From: an uncultured Pseudomonadota bacterium
GTDB lineage: Bacteria; Myxococcota_A; Polyangia; Fen-1088
Reading direction: 5' to 3'
Length of the DNA stretch: 64,000 nucleotides
Assembly (NCBI GenBank): GCA_963847705.1
Contig: CAWKBC010000034.1
Location: 1-64,000, forward strand
Part shown: positions 56,733-64,000 of the stretch, piece by piece
Layout: every line of letters starts with the position of its first letter
Position numbering within the stretch: the stretch's first letter is position 1
Notes under the pieces: model-generated
The model's input: the letters and a program-made list of their open reading frames with translations, nothing else
What the model was told of the DNA's origin: nothing
Database searches by the model: none
Program-made: the position numbers and the translations under genes

Positions 56733-57827
56733 ATGAAATGCAGGACGCTTCGGGCGGGCCCTCGGTCCTTCGGCGTCGCCGTGGCGTTCATCGCCGTCGG
56801 GGCCGGTGGTGCGACCGCCGGTTGCGCAACCGCGCCTTCTCACCGGCACCCCCGGGCCGTGGCCCTGCAGGCCGCGGGGGTCGAAGCGCTCGGGCGCGGC
56901 GAGCTGGAGAGCGCCGCGGGACATTTCGCGCTGGCGCTGGAATACGACCCGGGCCTGGCCGAGGCGGAGAGCGGCCTCGGGTTGGTCGCGCTCCGGCGGG
57001 GCGACCTCCCCCGCGCCGAGGAGGATTTTCGCACCGCGCTGGCGCTCAACGAGGATCTGGCCGAGGCGCACGTCAACCTGGCCGACCTGCTGATGCGCCG
57101 CGCCGACGACGAGAGCGCGCTCGGCGAGGCGCGCGCCGCCCTGGCGATCGATCCGGGCTACGCCGATGCGCGCCTGCTGGCTGGCGAGCTGCTGTTGCGA
57201 CTCGGGCGCGCCAGCGACGCGCACTGGGAGCTGGAGAAGCTGTGCGCGGCCTATCCACGCCGCGCCGACGCGCACGCGGCGAACGCCCTGGTGCTCGTCC
57301 GTCTGGGCCGCCCTGTCGCCGCCGGGGAGCAGGCCGACCTCGCGCTGGCGATCGATCCCGATCTGCCGGCCGCGCACCGGGCGCGCGCCGAGATCCTCCG
57401 CCGGTCAGGCGAGCTCGAGGAGGCGACCCGTGAGATTGAGCTGGCCATCGCCGCCAACCCCGGCTCGGTCGAGGACCGCCTGGTCCGCGCCACCATCCTG
57501 GCGGCGCGGGGGCTCTGGGACGAGGCGGCGCGCGCGCTTGGCGATCTGGTGGCGGCGGCGCCGCGGAAACCAGAGGTCCGCTTCGTGATGGCCTTCGTCG
57601 CGCTCAACCGCGGTCAGGCCGAGGCGGCCGTGCGAGACGCCGACGATGCGCTGGCGCTCCGCGCGCACTATCCGGAGGCGCGTCTGATCCGTGCCGAAGC
57701 GCTGCTCCGATTGGCGCGCGCCAACGAGGCCCGCCGCGAGCTCGAGAGATTTCTCGACGAGGCACCGCCGACGATGGTGGCCGAGCGCGCGCAGGCCGCG
57801 CAGACCTTGGCCAGCGTTCCGAGATAG
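56733..57827 (+). CDS. TPR-repeat lipoprotein
   Basis: TAGC lipobox; multiple AL..DP..AEA...LG repeats. Confidence 0.85.
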   Translation: MKCRTLRAGPRSFGVAVAFIAVGAGGATAGCATAPSHRHPRAVALQAAGVEALGRGELESAAGHFALALEYDPGLAEAESGLGLVALRRGDLPRAEEDFRTALALNEDLAEAHVNLADLLMRRADDESALGEARAALAIDPGYADARLLAGELLLRLGRASDAHWELEKLCAAYPRRADAHAANALVLVRLGRPVAAGEQADLALAIDPDLPAAHRARAEILRRSGELEEATREIELAIAANPGSVEDRLVRATILAARGLWDEAARALGDLVAAAPRKPEVRFVMAFVALNRGQAEAAVRDADDALALRAHYPEARLIRAEALLRLARANEARRELERFLDEAPPTMVAERAQAAQTLASVPR

Positions 57828-57838
57828 AGTCAGCGCCG

Positions 57839-58858
57839 ATGCCGCTGCGGCTGCGCATGCTTCCCGCCCCTTCTCCCGGCGCCAGCCCTGGCCAGCCCGC
57901 CGGGCCGACGGAGGAGCGGGCCATCGAGCTCGGCGACGACACGAACGAGGTTCGGATCGGGCGCCGGCCCGACCTGGAGCTTCCGCTCCCCTACCCGGCG
58001 CTGTCCGGGCTTCACGCGCAGCTGGTGCGCGTCGATGGCCGCTGGCAGATCGAGGACCTCGGCAGCACCAACGGGACGCGCGTCGACGGCGAACGGCTGG
58101 CGCCCCGTCAACCACGCCCGATCGCCCCCGGCGCGCAGATCAAGCTCGGTCAGATCACCCTGGTCTTCGATGGCACCGTCGGAGCCGTCGCAGGCGCCGA
58201 ACGGACCGCGACCATCGCGCGCCGGCTGGTGAGCGATCTGTTCGCCGCCTCGTCCGACATGGCCGTGCCCAGCTTGGCCGTCGTCGGGGGAGTCCCGGCG
58301 AAGCCGCCCCTGCGGCTCGAGGCGGCCGAGCGCCGCTACGTCGCGGGGCGGGGCGAGACCTGCGATCTGCAGCTCCTCTCGGAGGAGATCTCGCGCGAGC
58401 ACGCGGAGATCATCCGGCTGTGGGACGGCGTCGTCGTCAACGACCTCGGCTCCAAGAACGGCGTGCGGGTGAACGACGTCGTGGTCAGCGGGCGGCGCCA
58501 GCTGCGCGACGGGGACCTCATTCAGATCGGTCCCGCCACGCTCCGGCTGTCGGACCCGGCCGATCGTTATCTGCGAGATTTCGAGGCGCGGGCACCACGG
58601 GTGCCACCGACGGAGGATGAGGCGGTCCGGCCTCCCGACGCGGCGGCGGCGGCGGCCGCCCAGCCGTCGGAGGTGGCGACCAGCGCGCCGCCGCGTCCCC
58701 TCGCACCTTCGACACCGGCGGCGCCGTCGGTGACCCAACGATCGACCGACTCGACGCGGAAGCAGCGCGCCCGCAGCTCGCGGACCGCGATCGCCGTGGC
58801 CGCCATCGTGCTGATCGCCATCGGCGCCGCGATCGTGGCCTTGGCCTTCGGCGGCTGA
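57839..58858 (+). CDS. Double FHA-domain protein with C-terminal membrane anchor
   Basis: IGR...S..HA...DLGSTNGT and GR...SREHA...DLGSKNG; terminal TM helix. Confidence 0.9.
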   Translation: MPLRLRMLPAPSPGASPGQPAGPTEERAIELGDDTNEVRIGRRPDLELPLPYPALSGLHAQLVRVDGRWQIEDLGSTNGTRVDGERLAPRQPRPIAPGAQIKLGQITLVFDGTVGAVAGAERTATIARRLVSDLFAASSDMAVPSLAVVGGVPAKPPLRLEAAERRYVAGRGETCDLQLLSEEISREHAEIIRLWDGVVVNDLGSKNGVRVNDVVVSGRRQLRDGDLIQIGPATLRLSDPADRYLRDFEARAPRVPPTEDEAVRPPDAAAAAAAQPSEVATSAPPRPLAPSTPAAPSVTQRSTDSTRKQRARSSRTAIAVAAIVLIAIGAAIVALAFGG

Positions 58859-58889
58859 AGCCCCTCGAACCGCCAGAGCCAGCGGTGTC

Positions 58890-60485
58890 TCAACGGTTCT
58901 TGCGGGCCTTCTTGCGCGCCTTGCGGGCGTCCTTGCGCTTCTTCTTCTCTTTGACGCGATCGACGTTCCGCTTGGGCGCCTGGAAGTTGCCGCGCTCCGC
59001 CGACGGGGTCTGCATCATGTTCGCCAGCTGGTTCATGTCCATCCCCATCATCTTCTTGGCCTGCGCGATCTGCTTGAAGCCGGGGATCTTGCCGAGCAGC
59101 CCGGTCGACTGTCCGATCTGCATCATCATCTGGCGCATCATCCCGAAGCGGTTCAGCAGATCGGCGACCTCCTGCTCCTTGTGCCCCGAGCCCTGCGCCA
59201 CGCGCTTGAGGCGGCCGGTGTCGTAGAACGCGCTCCGCTTCTTCTTGCGCTTGCCGTTGTCGACGATCTCTTCCCAGCTGGTGACGATGAAACGCTCGGG
59301 ATGCCGGCGCTCGTCGCCGGTCATCGAGGAGATCATGGACCCGATGCGCACCAGCTCCCGGTCATCGACCTGGGCGCCCTCCGGGATGGCGTCGGCGATG
59401 CCGGGGATCTTGTCCATCATGTCCTTGAGCGGACCCATCTTCTTGAGGACGCCGATCTGCTCGAGGAAGTCGTTCATGTCGAACTTCCCCTTGAGCATGC
59501 GCATCGCGTCCTGCTCGGCCTTCTCCTCGTCGACCACCTCCTCGAACTGCTGGACCAGGCCGACCACGTCGCCGCGCCCCAGGATGCGGCTGGCCATGCC
59601 GTCGGGGCGGAACTCTTCCAGCCGATCGGACGACTCGCCCATCCCGACGAACTTGATCGGCTTGCCGGTGACCGCCTTCACCGACAGCGCGGCGCCGCCC
59701 CGGGCGTCGCCGTCGAGCTTGGTGAGGATCACCCCGTCGATGTTGAGGCGATCGTTGAACGCCTTGGCCGTGCCGACCGCGTCCTGACCGATCATCGCGT
59801 CGACGATCAGCAGGATGTTGCCGGGGTGGACCCGCCGAACGATGTCGGACAGCTCCTGCATGAGCGGCTCGTCGATGGCCAACCGGCCCGCGGTGTCGAA
59901 CAGGATGACGTCCCGCCCGGTCTCGGAGGCCACCTTCAGGGCCCGCTCGCAGATCTCCGGCGGCTTGCCCCCCACCTCCGAATAGACCGGGATCCCCAGC
60001 TTTTCGCCGATGATCTTCAGCTGGTCGATCGCGGCCGGGCGGTAGACGTCGGCCGCCACCAGCAGCGGACGCTTGTGCTGCTTCTCGAGGTAGCGGGCCA
60101 GCTTGCCCACGGTGGTCGTCTTGCCCGATCCCTGCAGGCCGACCAGCATGATCCCGGTCGGGCCCTTCTTGGCGAACTTGATGCTGGTGTCGACCGGCCC
60201 CATCAGGTCGACGAGCTCGTCATGACAGAGCTTGACGAAGTGGTCCTCCGGACTGACCCGGCGGACCTTCTCCTTCGTCGAGGCCTTCACCTTGACGATG
60301 ACGCCGACGGCCTTCTCTTTGACCCGCTTGCAAAAATCCTGGACCACGTCGAAGCCGACGTCGGCCTCGAGCAGCGCCGTGCGGACGTCCTTGAGCGCCT
60401 CGTCGACGGTCGCCTCGTCCAGCTCTGCCAGCCCCTGAAAGCGCTGCTTCGCGCTGCGGAATCCCTTGGTGAGCGTCTCGAACAT
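58890..60485 (-). CDS. ffh: Signal recognition particle protein Ffh
   Basis: ALLEADV, GLQGSGKTT, D.YRPAA, DTAGR, TKLDGDARGGAALS, Met-rich M domain. Confidence 0.97.
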   Translation of the reverse strand: MFETLTKGFRSAKQRFQGLAELDEATVDEALKDVRTALLEADVGFDVVQDFCKRVKEKAVGVIVKVKASTKEKVRRVSPEDHFVKLCHDELVDLMGPVDTSIKFAKKGPTGIMLVGLQGSGKTTTVGKLARYLEKQHKRPLLVAADVYRPAAIDQLKIIGEKLGIPVYSEVGGKPPEICERALKVASETGRDVILFDTAGRLAIDEPLMQELSDIVRRVHPGNILLIVDAMIGQDAVGTAKAFNDRLNIDGVILTKLDGDARGGAALSVKAVTGKPIKFVGMGESSDRLEEFRPDGMASRILGRGDVVGLVQQFEEVVDEEKAEQDAMRMLKGKFDMNDFLEQIGVLKKMGPLKDMMDKIPGIADAIPEGAQVDDRELVRIGSMISSMTGDERRHPERFIVTSWEEIVDNGKRKKKRSAFYDTGRLKRVAQGSGHKEQEVADLLNRFGMMRQMMMQIGQSTGLLGKIPGFKQIAQAKKMMGMDMNQLANMMQTPSAERGNFQAPKRNVDRVKEKKKRKDARKARKKARKNR

Positions 60486-60525
60486 GGGCGCGCAATCTAG
60501 CACGGCGCCCCCGCAGGGTGCGGCG

Positions 60526-61617
60526 CTAGCCCGGCGGCTTGGTTCGGCGCTCAGTCCACCAGGACTGCCAGCGGGCGCGGGCCGCCTCGCGGGCGCCCCG
60601 GGGGAGATCGAAGGCGTAGCCGAAGTACTCGCCGGTGAGGACGCGCAGCTCCTGCTCGGCGGCCTCCCGGATCTCGGCGGTCTTGTGGGAGAGCCCCTCG
60701 AACAGCCAATCGATCCGCTCGTCGTCCTCGTGCTGCCTCCACCAGGCGGCCCAGCGCTTGGGTTTGGGCCCGAAGTCCTGCTTGGTGATCGCCACCAGCT
60801 CGGCGTGCGCGGCCTCGACATCGTCCCCCTCCTCGAGACGTTCGATGAGGCCGGGGACCTCGCGCTTGTCGCGTGACGCCGGCGGCGACGACAGGGTCGA
60901 CAACGGGGTCGACGACGGGGTCGACGACGGCTCCCGCGGTGGGGCTCGAAGCGGACTGGGAGCCGCCTGCGCCGCCGGCGCAGGGGCGGCGACTGGCGCC
61001 GGCGCAGGGGGGCGCGCCTCGGAGACCGGCGGGGGAAGCCGGGGCGGGGGGATCTCGACGGGGGGCTCGGGCGGGGTCGGCGGCGGAACGGGCGTGTGCG
61101 CCGCTTGCCAGCGCCGCACCGGCTCGGCTCCCACCACCCGGGCGAAGAGGCGCACCAGCCGGGGCTCCATCGGTCGCCCGTAGATCGCCTGCTGAACGGC
61201 GGCGATCCGAATCTCCGGCGCGACGAAGAGCGCGAACGGGATGGCCAGCGCGCGCGTCGCCGCCTCGATCTCGACGCGGGCCACCGGCTCGCCGCACAAG
61301 ATCTGCACCGCGCCCTCCTTGAGCCCCACCGGCACCGCCCGGCAACGCGCCGACCAGTCTGCGTCGAGGTCGAGCGCGTCCGAGCCGTCGGGCTTCACCA
61401 GCTTTTGGGGCGCCTCGCAGAGCGTGCGATCCGGGATCCCCAGCTCGGTCGCCGCCGCGAGCTCGCCCCAGAGCGTCCCCTCGGCGATGGCTTCCAGCTC
61501 CAGCAGCGCCGTGTCGAGCGCGCCGCCGTAGACCGCCTGACGTGCGACCGCCGCGCGCACAGCGGCCAGCGGGACCAGTCCCGTGGCGAGCAATCGATCC
61601 GAAAGGCGCGACGCCAT
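60526..61617 (-). CDS. GspE/PilB N-terminal (MshEN-like) domain protein with Pro-rich linker and Trp-rich helical C-domain
   Basis: RLS..L...GLV.....A..RQ...GG.L.T.LLE; AVP; LT...FG...W..WW twice. Confidence 0.7.
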   Translation of the reverse strand: MASRLSDRLLATGLVPLAAVRAAVARQAVYGGALDTALLELEAIAEGTLWGELAAATELGIPDRTLCEAPQKLVKPDGSDALDLDADWSARCRAVPVGLKEGAVQILCGEPVARVEIEAATRALAIPFALFVAPEIRIAAVQQAIYGRPMEPRLVRLFARVVGAEPVRRWQAAHTPVPPPTPPEPPVEIPPPRLPPPVSEARPPAPAPVAAPAPAAQAAPSPLRAPPREPSSTPSSTPLSTLSSPPASRDKREVPGLIERLEEGDDVEAAHAELVAITKQDFGPKPKRWAAWWRQHEDDERIDWLFEGLSHKTAEIREAAEQELRVLTGEYFGYAFDLPRGAREAARARWQSWWTERRTKPPG

Positions 61618-61639
61618 GTCGTCCTCCCGCGCTCGCCGG

Positions 61640-62164
61640 CTAGTCCTCGTCGACGATCACGTACGTGCCGGCCAGGTGATCGTGGAGCGCGCGGTGCTCG
61701 CGATCGAACAGCGCCCACAGCCAACCGAGCGCCGCCGGTCCCACGCTGGGCGCCAGGGCCAACAGCCGAAGGAGCCCGCGCGCGGGCCCGGGCGGACGGC
61801 CGCGCCGGTCGATCAGGCGAATGCCGACGAGCCGCATGCCCAGCGTCTGTCCCGCCATCCCCGCAAAGTAGAGCTGGTAAAGACCGGCCATGCCAAGCAG
61901 AAGGCCGATGGCGCCGACCGCCATCGGGTTGCGATCGAGGATGCCGGCCACCAGCAGGTCGGGGCCGATCTCGCGCAGCCCCGGCATCGGCACGTGCAGC
62001 CCCAGGGCCACCGCCGCCGTGACGGCCAGGGTGAAGGCGAACAGCAGCACCAGATCGCACAGGGCGGCGAAGGCGCGCCGCGGGAACCCGGTCACCCGCA
62101 CGCGCAGCACGCGCTCCTCGTGCGGGCGTGACGGCGACGGATTCGGCTCTGTGGCGGGCATCAT
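61640..62164 (-). CDS. RDD family membrane protein
   Basis: RR..A...D, GQTLG..L.GIR, R.LHD.LAGT.V; start uncertain. Confidence 0.88.
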   Translation of the reverse strand: MMPATEPNPSPSRPHEERVLRVRVTGFPRRAFAALCDLVLLFAFTLAVTAAVALGLHVPMPGLREIGPDLLVAGILDRNPMAVGAIGLLLGMAGLYQLYFAGMAGQTLGMRLVGIRLIDRRGRPPGPARGLLRLLALAPSVGPAALGWLWALFDREHRALHDHLAGTYVIVDED

Positions 62165-62253
62165 GGCGGCGAACGCGGTCACGACCCCATTGTGCGGAGC
62201 CGTTTGCGCGCCAGCAAGTTTAACGCCTGCAAGTTTACGTCTGGCGGCCCGCT

Positions 62254-62994
62254 TCAATCCAACATGCCGTACGCGCCCGCCACCAGCGCGACAGCCACGA
62301 TCGCCGCGGTCTCGACGCGCAGGATCCTGTCACCGAGCCCGACCGCTTCGAACCTGGCGGCCTGAGCCACCGCCAGCTCGGCCGGTGCGAATCCTCCTTC
62401 GGGCCCGACCAGCAGTGCGGTGGCGGCCGGTTCAGCTCCTGCGAGGGCCGCCCGCAACGAGCGGGTGCGCTCACCCTCGAACAGAGCCAGCCGCCGTGCG
62501 GGAAGCTCGGGACCGGCCAGCGCCTCCGCCAACCGGACGGGCGGGTCGACGATCGGGAGGTCAGCCCGACCGCACTGGCGGGCCGCCTCTCGGGCGATCT
62601 TCTCCCAGCGGGCCCGCTTGCCGTCGGCCCCTTCGGCGTCGGGCCGGACCACCGAGCGCTCGGTGACCACCGGAACGATCCGCGCCACGCCCAGCTCGGA
62701 GGTCTTCTGCACCAGGAAGTCCATCCGTGGACCGCGCGGGATCGCGCAGAGGAGCGTCAGCGACGCCGCCGGACCAGCCACCAGGCGGCGCGCGCCCAGC
62801 GCCAGCTCGGTCTCCCCGCGCTCCACCCGGATGACCTCCGCCTCCACCTCACCGCCGGCGCCGTCGAACAGCGTCAGCGTGTCGCCCGGGCGGGCCCGCA
62901 GGACGAGGCCGATGTGGCGATGCTCGGGTCCGGTCAACGTCAGCCGAGGTCCGCCCAGCTGCGCGCCGGGGACGAACAGGCGCCGCTCGCTCAT
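62254..62994 (-). CDS. rsmE: 16S rRNA m3U1498 methyltransferase
   Basis: H...VLR, QK.SELGV, EAA.QCGR, VGPEGGF, LG.RILR.ETA. Confidence 0.96.
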   Translation of the reverse strand: MSERRLFVPGAQLGGPRLTLTGPEHRHIGLVLRARPGDTLTLFDGAGGEVEAEVIRVERGETELALGARRLVAGPAASLTLLCAIPRGPRMDFLVQKTSELGVARIVPVVTERSVVRPDAEGADGKRARWEKIAREAARQCGRADLPIVDPPVRLAEALAGPELPARRLALFEGERTRSLRAALAGAEPAATALLVGPEGGFAPAELAVAQAARFEAVGLGDRILRVETAAIVAVALVAGAYGMLD

Positions 62995-63893
62995 GACGGG
63001 CGGAGACGCAGCGCGGCCCACTCGTCTTCGTCGCGACGGGCCTCGAGCGTGAAGCCCGCGGCGCTGAACGCGCGCAGAACGACGTCGGCCTGGTCGGCCA
63101 GGATGCCGGAGAGGATCACGGTCCCCCCGGGCGCCACGCGCGCCGGAAAGTCAGCGGCCAGCGCCGCCAGGACGCCCGCCTCGATGTTGGCCAGCACCAG
63201 ATCGCTGGCGCCCGAAACCCCGTCGAGGCTCCCTGCCCGCGTGGTCACCGTGGTGACCCCGTTGAGCGCCAGGTTCTCGTCGGTGGTCGCCACCGACTCC
63301 GGATCGACGTCGACCGCCAGCCCGCGCGCGGACGGCCAGAGCCGCACGGCCGCGATCGACAAGATCCCCGAGCCGCACCCGAGATCGAGAAAGGCCTCCA
63401 CCGGCCGGTCGGCGATCTCCTCGCTGAGCGCGATCACCAGGCGCGTGGTCGCATGCCCGCCGGTGCCGAACGCCCGTCCCGGATCGAGATCGATCACCCG
63501 ATCGCCCTTGGCCGCCGGCTTCAGATCCCAGCTCGGCCGAATCAGGAACGTCCGCCCGACGCGCGTCGCCCGGAAGTACTGCTTCCAGACGTCCCGCCAC
63601 TCGTCTTCGTGGGCCTCGCGCCGGCGCACCGACAGCGGGTCGACCGAGACACCGGCCTCTTTCATGCGCGCCGCCGCGGCCTCGATCTCGGCCAGAACGG
63701 CGGCCTCCAGCTCGGGCGCGCACTGGGCCACCAGCACGGCGCGCCCCGCCCCGGCCCGAATGATCGTCTGCGCGTCGCGGATCTCGACGCCGCCGGTCAG
63801 CTCGCCGACGGCGTCCGCCATCACCTCGGCTGCCGCGAAGGGCAGCTCGAGCACGATTTCGATCCAGAGGGGGTCGGCCCCCACGGGGGTCAA
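62991..63893 (-). CDS. prmA: Ribosomal protein L11 methyltransferase
   Basis: W...WK.YF, LDPGRAFGTG.H.TT, LDLGCGSGILSI, ANI, LSGIL. Confidence 0.95.
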   Translation of the reverse strand: MTPVGADPLWIEIVLELPFAAAEVMADAVGELTGGVEIRDAQTIIRAGAGRAVLVAQCAPELEAAVLAEIEAAAARMKEAGVSVDPLSVRRREAHEDEWRDVWKQYFRATRVGRTFLIRPSWDLKPAAKGDRVIDLDPGRAFGTGGHATTRLVIALSEEIADRPVEAFLDLGCGSGILSIAAVRLWPSARGLAVDVDPESVATTDENLALNGVTTVTTRAGSLDGVSGASDLVLANIEAGVLAALAADFPARVAPGGTVILSGILADQADVVLRAFSAAGFTLEARRDEDEWAALRLRPS

Positions 63894-64000
63894 CGCGGTA
63901 CGCGGCGCTTGGCTTCGCGGCGCCGGCGCTTCCGGGCCTCGCGCATCTTGCGTTTCTTTTTGACCGACGGCTTCTCGTAGTAACGGCGCCGCTTGATCTC
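63890..64000 (-). CDS. rpsU: 30S ribosomal protein S21, 3' part (5' end outside the window)
   Basis: Minus strand reads EIKRRRYYEKPSVKKKRKMREARKRRRREAKRRVPR-TGA; not in the ORF track. Confidence 0.9.
   Translation of the reverse strand, partial: EIKRRRYYEKPSVKKKRKMREARKRRRREAKRRVPR

Noticed and set aside
58859-60525. SRP (4.5S) RNA near ffh, or any tRNA in the window
   Set aside because: The intergenic gaps are too short, and I recognised no SRP domain IV or cloverleaf pattern
60886-60930. 12-bp tandem repeat gtcgacgacggg
   Set aside because: Encodes an ordinary Pro/Ser/Thr linker inside the MshEN-like CDS

Overview
High-GC bacterial chromosomal window. The gene content (Hanks kinase, FHA and TPR proteins, a DUF1592/DUF1552 pair, a TIGR04552-like protein, many lipoproteins) points to Myxococcota; this is an inference. 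Most of it is housekeeping: pepP, rlmI, rsmB-like, gdh, cysK, dnaK, lhr, xth, rpmE-prfA, comEC, ffh, rsmE, prmA and a partial rpsU. The standout is a four-unit tandem array at ~25070-32010. Each unit has a palindromic enhancer pair, a sigma-54 (-24/-12) promoter, a GEMM/c-di-GMP-I-class riboswitch whose P1 covers the ribosome-binding site, a lipoprotein gene and a terminator. The three intact lipoproteins have exactly eight SSINGL repeats, a Cys-rich core, a ricin-type domain and a swappable C-terminus; unit 4 is a pseudogene. The four riboswitches differ at the ligand-discriminating nucleotide (G, C/deleted, G, A). Other highlights: a TIGR04552-like protein with a full set of RelA/SpoT-synthetase-like motifs, several tandem repeats seeded exactly at stop codons, a covarying REP-like hairpin, and an RsbW-RsbV-RsbU partner-switching module among polysaccharide genes. 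I saw no tRNA, rRNA, CRISPR array or transposase. All family calls come from motif recognition by eye, not from database searches.
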